DNA of 64,000 nucleotides from an uncultured archaeon (GTDB lineage Archaea > Nanobdellota > Nanobdellia > Pacearchaeales > GW2011-AR1). This document shows, in pieces, positions 53,247-63,299 of the stretch; positions within the stretch are counted from its first letter, which is position 1; each line of letters starts with the position of its first letter. Location: positions 39,589-103,588 of the forward strand of contig CABMGE010000010.1 of assembly GCA_902385625.1 (NCBI GenBank), given 5' to 3'. Below the pieces are notes generated by a model, which was not told where the DNA came from, ran no database searches, and saw nothing but the letters and a program-made list of their open reading frames with translations. Made by a program: the position numbers and the translations under genes.

Positions 53247-53522
53247 ATGTTTGACCCTATTAAAAATTCTGTCTGTGAATCATGTAAAAATAATTTAGAT
53301 AAGAAAATTCTAAAAGAATTATATGATATGAACTCGCGAGAGTTTGCTTTTTATTTAATTTCTGGTGGAAATCATCAGGCAGAAATACAATATCATCTTT
53401 CAAGAGATCTGCCCCAAGATTATATAAACCGGGTTTTAGAAATAGTTACAGAAGAACTTTGGTTTAACCAGAAAAAACTTGGTGAAATAAGATCAGGACC
53501 TCTAAAAAAGTTTTATCCTTAA
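53247..53522 (+). CDS. hypothetical protein
   Basis: 91-aa ORF. Confidence 0.45.
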   Translation: MFDPIKNSVCESCKNNLDKKILKELYDMNSREFAFYLISGGNHQAEIQYHLSRDLPQDYINRVLEIVTEELWFNQKKLGEIRSGPLKKFYP

Positions 53523-53579
53523 AAAATTTTTAATAAAATATTGATTAGCTTTATATAGTAAATTCTATTTTTACCTCTT

Positions 53580-54116
53580 ATGTTTCAAAAATATACTCAA
53601 ACAACTTATGAGACTTGTTTAGCATGTTCGTTACTACAAGCAGTAGATCAAATTACTCCAATTAAAATCAATAAAGAAATTGAACTTGAAGTAATCAATC
53701 ATTCTATGAAATTTAGTAAAGAAGATTTTGTTGTAGGTCATTTAGATTATATTTCCGAAAAATTCAAAATAAATATTCTAAGAGTTGTTGATAACAAGCC
53801 TTTTTATGAATATATTAAAAAAATTAAAACAAATTCCAAGATAAATACAATTACTCATAAAATAGACCTTGGACTAATTGATTCTTATTTAAAAAATACT
53901 CAACCAATAGTCTATATTGATGCATATAGTTTATTTAAAATTTCACATGCTCCGCATTTTATTACAGTTCTTAAAAAAACAGATGAAAAATATGAAATCT
54001 TTGATCCTTGGTATGGTAAAACTATGATAATTGAATCTAAAGTATTATCTGATGCTGTGTCCTCTTTAAGAAATCATTTATTGTTTTGCCCTCAACTGAT
54101 AACCCTTTCCAAATAA
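53580..54116 (+). CDS. hypothetical protein, possible C39-like/papain-fold peptidase
   Basis: N-terminal TYETCLACSL and later SHAPHFITVL ... IFDPWYG (Cys/His/Asp order). Confidence 0.45.
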   Translation: MFQKYTQTTYETCLACSLLQAVDQITPIKINKEIELEVINHSMKFSKEDFVVGHLDYISEKFKINILRVVDNKPFYEYIKKIKTNSKINTITHKIDLGLIDSYLKNTQPIVYIDAYSLFKISHAPHFITVLKKTDEKYEIFDPWYGKTMIIESKVLSDAVSSLRNHLLFCPQLITLSK

Positions 54117-54204
54117 GGCTTTTAAAGAAATTTTATTATTAACTATATCTTTTATTATAATCATCTTTAAAAGATAAACAAGTCCAATATTTCTAGGTGA
54201 AAAA

Positions 54205-55947
54205 ATGGAACTGAAAAAAGAGCTGATCAAATTTATAAAAGAGAACCATCTTAGCCCATTTAATTTATATAAAACTCCTGTTAAAAGCGAAGAAGAAAGT
54301 ATATACAAAACAAGAGATGGAAAATCAGTGCATAATAGGGTTCTTTCCAATATATCAAATTATTTTTGTTTTTCAGATAGTTCAAATCTATTCAATTGTT
54401 TTGAATTTACAAAAGACATCAATAAGATAAAGGAAAGACAGGAATTTTTTAGAACAGTTCCAAAAGACCTGGATAACAATTTTTTAAAAAACCTAAAAAA
54501 ACCAAAACAAACCTGGAAACCAAAATATAGTGTTGTTGCAGTAACAGATGATGAAGATACATTTTCTAAACTGAAAAACCTTGATGTCCCTGTAAAATTT
54601 CTTTTAAATGAACAGGATGTTTTAGATCTTGAAAATTATGAGATTGTACAGGCAGTTGATGTAGAACAATTTAGTTCACTAATTGAACAACTTCCCCAGT
54701 CAGTATTTTTAGACTCAATTGATGATGTTTATCTAGAGAGATACCTTGAAATATTATCTAGCTGGAAGGACAATTTAGAGATATTAAAAAATATAAATGA
54801 CAATGAAATTTTACAGATAGTTTTAGAACTAAAACCAATTTTAGGACTTACTCAACCTCAATTAAACCAAAAAATATCCAGAAATGAAATAGAACAAAAA
54901 CTAGGGGAGATAAATGAAGAAATATCCTTGAAACTCAAGAACATGAATGTTTCAGGAGATATACTTTTTGAAATGCTTTCAAAAAATAAACTTCCAATTG
55001 AGATTGAAAAAATAATTGATGACTCTGTTAAAAAAACAAATGTACCTGAACACTTATTTGATCTTGCAATTCCTGTCAAAATTGATGAGAATGAATTTGA
55101 AAATTTTATACGCCTTCAGGACGCAAATGAAAATACTGATTTTGCAGAGAAGATAAAGAAAAACGCATCTCTACTCAAAAAAATTCCTGAAAAGTTAGAA
55201 AGACTATGCGAACTCATGATTATTTATGATTTTAGTTCAGGAATATCAAGATTTATGCTAAATCAGGAAAATGGAAGCTGGCCAATTTTTTCACAGGAAT
55301 TTACAATGGAGAATTCAAAAAATGTTTTTCTAGAAAGTCCTCAAGCAATCTCGTTTAGCTTAAGTTTGGATGAAAAATGTTCAATACTAACGGGCGCAAA
55401 TTCAGGAGGAAAAACAACTTTAATAGAACATATAATCCAGATAATCAGTTTATTTAATCTAGGTCTTCCTACTAGCGGCAATGTAAAGATTCCAATATTT
55501 TCAGAGGTTTATTATTTTGCAAAAAATAAAGGAAGTGCAAATAAGGGTGCTTTTGAAACTCTTTTGACACAAATGTCAAAAATAGAACCTGGAACAGGTA
55601 CAATAATTCTTGCTGATGAAATAGAAGCTGTAACAGAACCTGGTGTTGCAGGAAAAATAATTTCAGCAACATCTAGTTATTTTATTGAAAAAAATTGTTT
55701 TTTAGTTATTGCTACTCACTTAGGCTATGAAATAAAAGATATTCTTCCACAAAAAGCAAGAATTGATGGAATCGAAGCTAAAGGACTTAATGAAAACAAT
55801 GAATTAATTGTAGATCATAACCCTGTTCTTGGCAGACTTGCAAATTCCACACCTGAACTAATTGTTGAAAAACTTGCAAATTCAGAAAAACAGGATTATT
55901 TCAAGTACCTTAATAGATATTTAAAAGAAAACACAACAAGGCAATAA
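54205..55947 (+). CDS. MutS-family (domain V) ATPase, archaeal MutS2-like
   Basis: LTGANSGGKTT Walker A, IILADEIEAVTEP Walker B, ATHL. Confidence 0.65.
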   Translation: MELKKELIKFIKENHLSPFNLYKTPVKSEEESIYKTRDGKSVHNRVLSNISNYFCFSDSSNLFNCFEFTKDINKIKERQEFFRTVPKDLDNNFLKNLKKPKQTWKPKYSVVAVTDDEDTFSKLKNLDVPVKFLLNEQDVLDLENYEIVQAVDVEQFSSLIEQLPQSVFLDSIDDVYLERYLEILSSWKDNLEILKNINDNEILQIVLELKPILGLTQPQLNQKISRNEIEQKLGEINEEISLKLKNMNVSGDILFEMLSKNKLPIEIEKIIDDSVKKTNVPEHLFDLAIPVKIDENEFENFIRLQDANENTDFAEKIKKNASLLKKIPEKLERLCELMIIYDFSSGISRFMLNQENGSWPIFSQEFTMENSKNVFLESPQAISFSLSLDEKCSILTGANSGGKTTLIEHIIQIISLFNLGLPTSGNVKIPIFSEVYYFAKNKGSANKGAFETLLTQMSKIEPGTGTIILADEIEAVTEPGVAGKIISATSSYFIEKNCFLVIATHLGYEIKDILPQKARIDGIEAKGLNENNELIVDHNPVLGRLANSTPELIVEKLANSEKQDYFKYLNRYLKENTTRQ

Positions 55948-56101
55948 ATGTAGTTACTAAATTATTTATAGGCTAAAATAAGGTGATTATTTAGGCACTA
56001 CATTGGATTTTAGGTGAATTTTTGATAAAGATATTTAAAGAAAAATGCATTTTTATAGCAGAGTATTTAAAGAGTGATTTTTTACAAATCAGGTGATTTT
56101 T

Positions 56102-56866
56102 ATGAAACAAAGAAATGCCACAATTGCCCTTGCACCAATCAAATATTTTGATATTTCTAAAAAGGACAACCTTAAGAAAATTAAAAAATACATTAAAGCA
56201 GCTGCAAAAAGAGGAGCAGATATTATTTGTTTTCCTGAATCCTGCCTACATAAGACAGAGGCACTTAGTATTAATCATGAAATTATCCAGGAAATAAGGG
56301 ATGAATGCAAGAAAAATTCAATATGGTGCATTATTACAGAAGATCTTATCTTAAGAAAAAAACCCTATAATATGGCAATTTTGATAAATAGAAAAGGGGA
56401 AATAAAAGGCAAGTATAAAAAAATTCATCTTTATGATGATGATGTAAAAGCAGGAAAAAAAGTAAAGGTATTTAGAACAGATTTTGGAAAAATAGGAATT
56501 GTTATTTGTTGGGATCTTGCATATCCTGAATTATTTAAAAAAATGAAAGAAAAAAAAGCAGAGATTATTTTTTGCCCTTCTCAGTGGTGTTATGAACATA
56601 AAGCACATCATAAAAAACACAAAGAAATTGAAATAGAACTGCTTAAATGTCTTGCAACTGCAAGAGCATTTGAAAACATAAATTTTGTTGCGCTTTGCAA
56701 CCCTTTGAGAGAAAGAGAAGACCAGGTATCTTATTCTGCTATTGTTTCTCCCCATAGAGTACTTAAGGAAACAGTAGGGGAAGAAAAGTTAATTATTGCA
56801 AAGATTAATTTAAATGAAATAAAAAAACTTGAAAAACTCTATCCTGGAAAGAAATCTAATCACTGA
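56102..56866 (+). CDS. carbon-nitrogen hydrolase (nitrilase superfamily)
   Basis: Glu-Lys-Cys triad context: ICFPE, KKIHLYD, VICWDLAYPE. ATG 56102 is preceded by AGGTGAT; the track used GTG 56093. Confidence 0.8.
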   Translation: MKQRNATIALAPIKYFDISKKDNLKKIKKYIKAAAKRGADIICFPESCLHKTEALSINHEIIQEIRDECKKNSIWCIITEDLILRKKPYNMAILINRKGEIKGKYKKIHLYDDDVKAGKKVKVFRTDFGKIGIVICWDLAYPELFKKMKEKKAEIIFCPSQWCYEHKAHHKKHKEIEIELLKCLATARAFENINFVALCNPLREREDQVSYSAIVSPHRVLKETVGEEKLIIAKINLNEIKKLEKLYPGKKSNH

Positions 56867-57708
56867 ACTTCTTTTAATAATAAATCCAAAACTTTCCCAA
56901 TTAGCATTTCTCTTTCTTCTTCGAAAAAATCAAAGGCAGGTGTTGAATTAACTTCAAGCACATACCACTTGTTGTTCTTTTTTAATAGATCAATACCGCA
57001 AACCTTTATATGAACTGTATCTAAAATTTTATTAACCATTTTTTCAAGTTTTTTTCCTACTCTGAATCTCTTTATTTTTTTTGCATAGACTCCTGTGGAT
57101 TTCCAACCATTACTGGTTTTGAGTGCAGTCTGCACAATTTTTTTATCGATAGTGGTTATTCTATAACATGGAGAACGAATAAGTTCCTGGGCAATTATTG
57201 GAGCTCTTTCACTTCCCTTTTTCCAAAACTTTTCAATTATTTTTTCAGCATGTTCGGGACTTTCGGCCTTATCAACAAATTCTCCCTGTGTTCCAAAAAT
57301 TCGCTTTAAAATTACAGGCCAGTGACCAAATTCCCTTAATTCCTGTTTTGCAGCGTTTAGATCCTCTGGTAGAAGAATTGTCTTTGGAGTTGGAATTTTA
57401 TTTTTCTCGCATTCTAAATAAAACATCCACTTATCTTCATTATAATAAGAGGCTCTTGAGGAATCAACGACTTTTTTTCCAAGTTCCTCCAAAGTTTTTA
57501 CAAATTCTGGTGCATAATCCTCTGCAGAGTTATTAAAAATTATCTTGCATTTTTTTGCTTTTTTTTCAATTTCCTTTTCATTAAATTTTTTGCATAAATT
57601 AAACATGACAAGGTCTATGTTTCGTTTTTCAGCTTCTCTTAGAAATATTTCTTCATCCTTTCCAGGCTTTCTATCACAAAAAATATAGCCCATTACCACT
57701 CTTTTCAT
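56860..57708 (-). CDS. RimK-like ATP-grasp ligase
   Basis: WPVILKRIFGTQGEFV, ITTID, YVLEVNSTPAF. Confidence 0.75.
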   Translation of the reverse strand: MKRVVMGYIFCDRKPGKDEEIFLREAEKRNIDLVMFNLCKKFNEKEIEKKAKKCKIIFNNSAEDYAPEFVKTLEELGKKVVDSSRASYYNEDKWMFYLECEKNKIPTPKTILLPEDLNAAKQELREFGHWPVILKRIFGTQGEFVDKAESPEHAEKIIEKFWKKGSERAPIIAQELIRSPCYRITTIDKKIVQTALKTSNGWKSTGVYAKKIKRFRVGKKLEKMVNKILDTVHIKVCGIDLLKKNNKWYVLEVNSTPAFDFFEEEREMLIGKVLDLLLKEVQ

Positions 57709-57824
57709 TTTAAAAAAAAGATTTCTTTGTATTTAAACGTTTGTCAAAAAAAATATTTTATAGATAAATAATATAATAGCTAAATAACAATAATTTTTAT
57801 AAAGTAAAATAAATGACTTGATTA

Positions 57825-59333
57825 ATGAGAAAGAAATTTTATAAGGAAGCAATAGAGATTGCATTAAAAGAAAAAATTGCGCTTACATTCGATGATGTAA
57901 GACTCCAAAGCGATTATTCGGAGGTTAAATTATCTGAAGTCAATGTTGAATCAAAATTCTCAAGAAATATTAATTTAAAAATTCCAATTATCAGTTCTGC
58001 AATGGATACTGTTACAGAGTATAAACTTGCAATAAGGCTTGCTGAACTTGGAGGAGTAGGCATAATACATAAGAGCTTAACCTCAGAAGAACAAGCAAAA
58101 CATGTTTCAAGAGGCAAACATCACCTCAATGCATATATTGAAAAACCAATTTGTATTTTCTCTGATGAATCTGTTGAGGAAGTTTTGAATAGAAAAAATA
58201 AAAAAGGTTATAGTTTTAATAGTTTTCCAGTTTTAAACCGCGAGGGCAAACTTGTTGGAATAGTCACTGGAAATGATTTTGAATTTTGTGATGACCATTC
58301 GATAAAAATAAACAAAATAATGACGACAAGTCCCCTTCATTTTGTTGGCAAGATTAATATTGAAAAAGCTTATCAAAAAATGAGGCAGACTAAGAAAAAA
58401 GCATTACCTGTGACAGATAAAAAAGGAAAGGTTATTGGAATGTATGTATTTTCAGATGTTAAACGAGTACTCAATGGAAATAAAAATGATTATAATGTTG
58501 ACTCCAAGGGAAGACTAATTATTGGTGCTGCAATAGGAGTTTATGATGATGCTTTTTCAAGACTTGAAAAACTTGTAAGAGAAAACGTAGATGTTGTTGT
58601 TATTGACACTGCGCATGGAGACTCAAAACCAGTTTATGAGACTCTTAAAAAAGTAAAAAATCAATATCCTGAGCTCGATGTTGTAGTTGGAAATGTCTCA
58701 ATTGGAGAGTCTGCAAAAAGACTTGCCAATGCAGGAGCAGATGGAATAAAAGTAGGCCAAGGACCTGGATCAATCTGTACAACTAGAATAGTTGCAGGAA
58801 TTGGCAGACCTCAACTTACTGCTGTTTATGATTGTGCAAAAGCAATATATGGAAGCGGAATTCCAATTTGTGCAGATGGAGGACTAAGATATTCAGGAGA
58901 TATGGTAATTGCAATTGCTGCTGGAGCTGACTCTCTTATGATGGGAAAAATGCTTGCTGGAACAGATGAATCTCCAGGTGAATTAATTTATTTAAAAGGA
59001 AGAACCTGGAAAGGATATCGTGGAATGGGATCACTTGGAGCCATGCAAAAGAGTGCAGGTGCAAGACAAAGATATTTTCAGGAAAATGTAGAAAATAATA
59101 AACTTGTTCCTGAAGGCATTGAAGGAAGGATTAATTATAAAGGCCCTCTTGAAAAAGTTATTTATCAGTATATTGGAGGCCTTAAGGCTGGAATGGGTTA
59201 TGTTGGAGCAAAAAATATTCGCGAACTTAGAGAAAAGGGAGAATTTGACAGGATAACTGCTGCAGGAGTTAGAGAGTCTCATCCTCACGACGTTGAAATA
59301 ACTGAAGAAGCTCCGAATTATTCTGTTGACTAA
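57825..59333 (+). CDS. guaB: IMP dehydrogenase with CBS pair
   Basis: [42 protein letters not shown]. Confidence 0.9.
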   Translation: MRKKFYKEAIEIALKEKIALTFDDVRLQSDYSEVKLSEVNVESKFSRNINLKIPIISSAMDTVTEYKLAIRLAELGGVGIIHKSLTSEEQAKHVSRGKHHLNAYIEKPICIFSDESVEEVLNRKNKKGYSFNSFPVLNREGKLVGIVTGNDFEFCDDHSIKINKIMTTSPLHFVGKINIEKAYQKMRQTKKKALPVTDKKGKVIGMYVFSDVKRVLNGNKNDYNVDSKGRLIIGAAIGVYDDAFSRLEKLVRENVDVVVIDTAHGDSKPVYETLKKVKNQYPELDVVVGNVSIGESAKRLANAGADGIKVGQGPGSICTTRIVAGIGRPQLTAVYDCAKAIYGSGIPICADGGLRYSGDMVIAIAAGADSLMMGKMLAGTDESPGELIYLKGRTWKGYRGMGSLGAMQKSAGARQRYFQENVENNKLVPEGIEGRINYKGPLEKVIYQYIGGLKAGMGYVGAKNIRELREKGEFDRITAAGVRESHPHDVEITEEAPNYSVD

Positions 59334-59338
59334 TAGAT

Positions 59339-59364
59339 AAGTTAATCTCGCTTCGCGAGATGAC
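59339..59364. repeat. 26-nt GC-rich palindromic element directly after a stop codon (copy 2)
   Basis: Identical to 44654-44679; starts 6 nt after the guaB stop. Confidence 0.7.
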
Positions 59365-59470
59365 TTTAGATTCATTTTGTAATTTTATAATATTTTTAAA
59401 GTAGTAATAAAAATTTTGAAGTCTAAAAAAGACAACAATTGTTTTTTAAGTTTGGAATACATCTTAGATA

Positions 59471-59947
59471 ATGTCTGTATTATATCCTAAAGATCCTGAA
59501 AATCCAGAGGAGTCAATAATATCAACAGATTTTAGCATTTTATACAGTTCTGAAATTATCTTAAAAGCAAGAAAAACAAAGATGCATGATTCATTTAGAA
59601 ATACATTAAGAGCATATGGTGCAAAGACTATAATGGATTTTATAACAAAAGAAACACTGGAAAGTTTAGTTGATCAAGATACTATAAGATTAAAGTCTAA
59701 TCTTAATCCTTATACTTTTGTTGAGGACAGTTTGCTACTTGCAAGAATAAAGATCCTTCCACTTAATTGTTCAATTTCAATTTGTCCAATAAGTGCAGAT
59801 TATTTATTGCAAGATGTAAAAGAAATAGAAGAAGGAAAATTACCCAGGTATCTTAGATATATCTCTGAAAGTGTAACCAAAGTAAGCCAGGAATGTTGTC
59901 TTAGGGCACTCTTTGATAAATGGGCAAAGATACTGGAAGTTTTTTAG
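59471..59947 (+). CDS. hypothetical protein
   Basis: 158-aa ORF. Confidence 0.5.
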   Translation: MSVLYPKDPENPEESIISTDFSILYSSEIILKARKTKMHDSFRNTLRAYGAKTIMDFITKETLESLVDQDTIRLKSNLNPYTFVEDSLLLARIKILPLNCSISICPISADYLLQDVKEIEEGKLPRYLRYISESVTKVSQECCLRALFDKWAKILEVF

Positions 59948-59983
59948 AGGGGATAAAACTACATGCAAATAAAATATAATTAA

Positions 59984-60571
59984 TTATTTTAATATAGTTA
60001 TATGAATTGAGTTGTCTATAGAATCCTGATTTAGATCATAGCAATTGTAAATTCTTGTACGTGATGTTGGGTATTGTTGATTATAATTATCTTTTTCAAA
60101 TATTATCAATTCATCATAACTACCATACTGAGTTTTCAACTGAGAATAATTGAGATATGAAAAAGATCCAGATGGACGCAAATAAACATTTATTTTTTTA
60201 ATGTTTTTTGAAGAAATTTCTATACTTCTATCTTGTTGGTAATCATAAACATATTTATCACTATATGGCAAATCTCCTTCACTATATTCTATGGTTCCGG
60301 CATCAACCATTGCCTTACCACCACTAGTATCCCTTAAACATGCACCTAATTGAGTAAGGTCGTAACGTTTAGGAAGAAAATATTTATTTTCTATACCCAC
60401 TTCTCCCAGTTTAATAGTATCCTTAACTTTTTTATTTTCCAAGAGATCATTTAAAGAAAGTTGCTTGACGAAATCCTGCTTTATAGATAATTGACCCAAG
60501 TTAGAAACCAGAGCAAGAGATATTATGATTATTAAAGGCAATATTATTCCAAAAATTATTTTATATTTCAT
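59984..60571 (-). CDS. signal-anchored/secreted hypothetical protein
   Basis: N-terminal TM/signal IIFGIILPLIIIISLALV; 4-nt overlap with the upstream gene. Confidence 0.5.
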   Translation of the reverse strand: MKYKIIFGIILPLIIIISLALVSNLGQLSIKQDFVKQLSLNDLLENKKVKDTIKLGEVGIENKYFLPKRYDLTQLGACLRDTSGGKAMVDAGTIEYSEGDLPYSDKYVYDYQQDRSIEISSKNIKKINVYLRPSGSFSYLNYSQLKTQYGSYDELIIFEKDNYNQQYPTSRTRIYNCYDLNQDSIDNSIHITILK

Positions 60572-60870
60572 CTTTTTTTAGAAGGAATAGATCCCAAAAT
60601 GCTGGTTTTCATATTTTGAAACTTATGGCTAAACCAAACCCCTGCCCCAATGAATAATATTGAAGATAATGCAAGTAATAATAAAATTGAGTTTTTTCCC
60701 AAATCAAATGCATCAATTATAAATCCTACTGTGAATATATACAGAGCTATTGAAGCAAGATACATTACAGGATAAAATCTTCTTTTTATTGAAAATAATA
60801 TTATTGCAACTACAAGCCCTATAAAAAATACTCCCCATCCTAGCGAACTTAACCAATATGAATATGCCAT
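60568..60870 (-). CDS. small membrane protein (three TM)
   Basis: 100-aa hydrophobic ORF, translationally coupled on both sides. Confidence 0.5.
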   Translation of the reverse strand: MAYSYWLSSLGWGVFFIGLVVAIILFSIKRRFYPVMYLASIALYIFTVGFIIDAFDLGKNSILLLLALSSILFIGAGVWFSHKFQNMKTSILGSIPSKKR

Positions 60871-61046
60871 TATAAGTCTTTCTCCCAGAATACTTCTCCC
60901 AAGACAAAAAATACTATAACTCCTAAGATAAGTATTATTGTTTTAATTTCATCAGGAAGACTAAATAAATAATTATATGAAAAATAAGCAATTGTAGCAA
61001 AAAGGAAAATAATACCTATAATATAAAATAAGTATTGTAATTTCAT
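60870..61046 (-). CDS. 58-aa two-TM membrane protein (below the ORF-track cutoff)
   Basis: MKLQYLFYIIGIIFLFATIAYFSYNYLFSLPDEIKTIILILGVIVFFVLGEVFWEKDL; its TAA overlaps the next ATG (TAATG at 60868-60872). Confidence 0.45.
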   Translation of the reverse strand: MKLQYLFYIIGIIFLFATIAYFSYNYLFSLPDEIKTIILILGVIVFFVLGEVFWEKDL

Positions 61047-61127
61047 ATTCTAAAATACAACTAATACTATTTAAACTTTTTGAAATTACTTCCAAAGATT
61101 TATTAATAAACTTATTTTTAATTCATT

Positions 61128-61835
61128 ATGGTTTCATTGAAAGAGTTTGTTGCCACTGCAAAAGAGAGGGGTTTGTCAAAAAGTGAAATAATTTCGGGGC
61201 TTAAAGAAAAGGGTTATTCAGATAAAGATATTCAAGAGGCTTTTGGTTATTCACAGGAAAAATCCAAAATAAAATACTCGGATGAAGTAAAAAATTTTGA
61301 AAAAATAAAAATGCTTTTTTTTGAGCCGAATGGATTTTTTAAAAAAGTAAGGGAAAAAACAATAATTAACTCACTTGTCACTTATGTAATTATCAGCCTA
61401 ATTGTGGCTGCGATTAGTTTTGGTTTTAGGTCTATTCTTGGGGGAATTGTTGGAGGAATTTTTTCCTCTTATTTAATTGGCGGACAAGGAGTTATATTAA
61501 GTTTAATTCTCCCAATACTAGGAATAGTTTCTACTTTTATCTATGCAGGCGCAGCCCATATTGTCATTATTATTTTAAAAGGAGAGGGTAATTTTATTGA
61601 TAGTTATAATGCAGTAACCTATTCATTTGTTGCAGGAATTATTCTTTCAATAATTCCTATTGTTGGTTTTCTTGGATATATTTATTCAGTAGTATTAATG
61701 GTATTTGGATTATCTGAATACCACAAAATTTCAAAGGGAAAGGCAGTTGCTGCTGCAATAACTCCTATAATATTTGTTATTGTGTTACTAATAATTTTAA
61801 TTTTTTATTTTCTTGTACGAATTAGACTTTTTTAA
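61128..61835 (+). CDS. Yip1-domain membrane protein with a small soluble N-domain
   Basis: 235 aa; N-terminal helical segment, then five TM helices. Confidence 0.55.
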   Translation: MVSLKEFVATAKERGLSKSEIISGLKEKGYSDKDIQEAFGYSQEKSKIKYSDEVKNFEKIKMLFFEPNGFFKKVREKTIINSLVTYVIISLIVAAISFGFRSILGGIVGGIFSSYLIGGQGVILSLILPILGIVSTFIYAGAAHIVIIILKGEGNFIDSYNAVTYSFVAGIILSIIPIVGFLGYIYSVVLMVFGLSEYHKISKGKAVAAAITPIIFVIVLLIILIFYFLVRIRLF

Positions 61836-61851
61836 AAATTAAATAAAAAAT

Positions 61852-61872
61852 CCCTTGTGCAAGGTATTTTTT
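61852..61872 (+). terminator. hairpin plus T-run after the 61128..61835 gene
   Basis: CCTTG-TG-CAAGG followed by TATTTTTT. Confidence 0.5.
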
Positions 61873-61944
61873 AAGCCTCCAATTGGGATAGACTCATAAG
61901 AACAATCGTAGCAAGCTTTAAGGTACTCGACTCAATTAGAGCAA

Positions 61945-63258
61945 TCAGATTATCTCACCGATCATGTGATGGACTCCGATTTGACTAATTTTAACATTAA
62001 TATTTTTACCTAAACAAGATTTGTCATTTGATTTTACAAGAACAATATTATAGTTGTCATCCCTTGCTTCATAAGTATTAGGGATTTTAGTTTTATTATT
62101 TACAAACACTTTAATTTCCCTATCTTTAAACTTCTCTTTGTTATCCAAGGCAGTCTTTCTATGCAGCTCCATTAAGGCAGTTGCGCGTTTATTAATTAAT
62201 TCTTTTTTTAAGGGAGTTAATTTCCCTGATTCAGTTTGTTTATGGGAAGAAAATTTTGAAAGATTAAAAACATCAGGCCTTTCTTCTTTTATAAGTTCAA
62301 TATTTTTTTTATGATCTTCCTCAGTTTCTGTAGGATAACCTGTAATAATATCAGTTGCAATAGTAATATCTGGAATTTCAATTTTAAATTTTTTTATTAT
62401 TTCTTTTACTGCTTCAATTTTGTATGGACGATTCATATCTTTTAGGACTTTATCTGATCCTGATTGGATTGGAATATGCAGAAATTTATACATCTTTTTA
62501 TTTTTGTAAATATCAATCATCTCATTTAAAATCGGATAAAGATTATTTGGATTTATCATTCCTAAACGAAGTCTAAAGTTATATTTAAGGGATAAAATTT
62601 TATTTAAGAGTTCTGGAAGTTTGGATTTGTTTTCGCGATCTAAATAATAACTTGCATTATCCTGACTTGTTATCCAGATTTCTTTTGCTCCATTTTGAAG
62701 ATCTGATTCAATTGATTTTATTATTTTGTCTTCAGGATAAGAAAATAAAGGACCCTTTGCAAGCTTTGTTTTGCAATAAGAACATGATCCCAAACATCCC
62801 TCACTTATTTGAATAATGGATATTAATTTATTATTGGAAATCTTGGGAGAACATATTTTCTCTTCATGGGTTTTGGACAAATAAAATTCACTTTTCTTTT
62901 TATCCAACTTACTCTCTTTATAATCTCTTATTAATTTAACAATATCTTTTGTATGTGAAAGTCCTAAAAGAAGGCATCTTGAATTTATTTTGACCAAGGA
63001 TTGTTTATCTGTCTCAGGCATACACCCTGCAATTACAATTAGTTTATCTGGAAACTCCCTTGATAAATCCTGAATTCTTCTTTTTATTTTTGATTCTGTT
63101 TTTCCCTTAACAATACAGGTATTAATTATGAGAATTTCTGCAATTTTTTCATTATTTGTCAGCTCATATCCTGCTTGCTTTAACAGTCCTGCAATTATTT
63201 CAGAGTTATTTTGATTTGCAGAACATCCGTAGGTTTCAATAAAAACAAATTTTTCCAT
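61945..63258 (-). CDS. mtaB: radical-SAM methylthiotransferase, archaeal MiaB/MtaB (CDKAL1-like) type
   Basis: IETYGCSANQ (UPF0004 domain), EGCLGSCSYC radical-SAM cluster, C-terminal TRAM-like domain. Confidence 0.8.
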   Translation of the reverse strand: MEKFVFIETYGCSANQNNSEIIAGLLKQAGYELTNNEKIAEILIINTCIVKGKTESKIKRRIQDLSREFPDKLIVIAGCMPETDKQSLVKINSRCLLLGLSHTKDIVKLIRDYKESKLDKKKSEFYLSKTHEEKICSPKISNNKLISIIQISEGCLGSCSYCKTKLAKGPLFSYPEDKIIKSIESDLQNGAKEIWITSQDNASYYLDRENKSKLPELLNKILSLKYNFRLRLGMINPNNLYPILNEMIDIYKNKKMYKFLHIPIQSGSDKVLKDMNRPYKIEAVKEIIKKFKIEIPDITIATDIITGYPTETEEDHKKNIELIKEERPDVFNLSKFSSHKQTESGKLTPLKKELINKRATALMELHRKTALDNKEKFKDREIKVFVNNKTKIPNTYEARDDNYNIVLVKSNDKSCLGKNINVKISQIGVHHMIGEII

Positions 63259-63299
63259 AATGGAAAAATGAAAAAAGGGTTTAAAAAATCTCTTAATCT

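Noticed and set aside
61865-61944. I checked the slightly GC-richer intergenic stretch here, and others at 47000-47110 and 44650-44700, for tRNA genes.
   Set aside because: I could not fold a cloverleaf: there is no acceptor-stem complementarity and no GTTC-type T-loop. I recognised no tRNA or rRNA anywhere in the window, though a covariance-model scan would be the decisive test.
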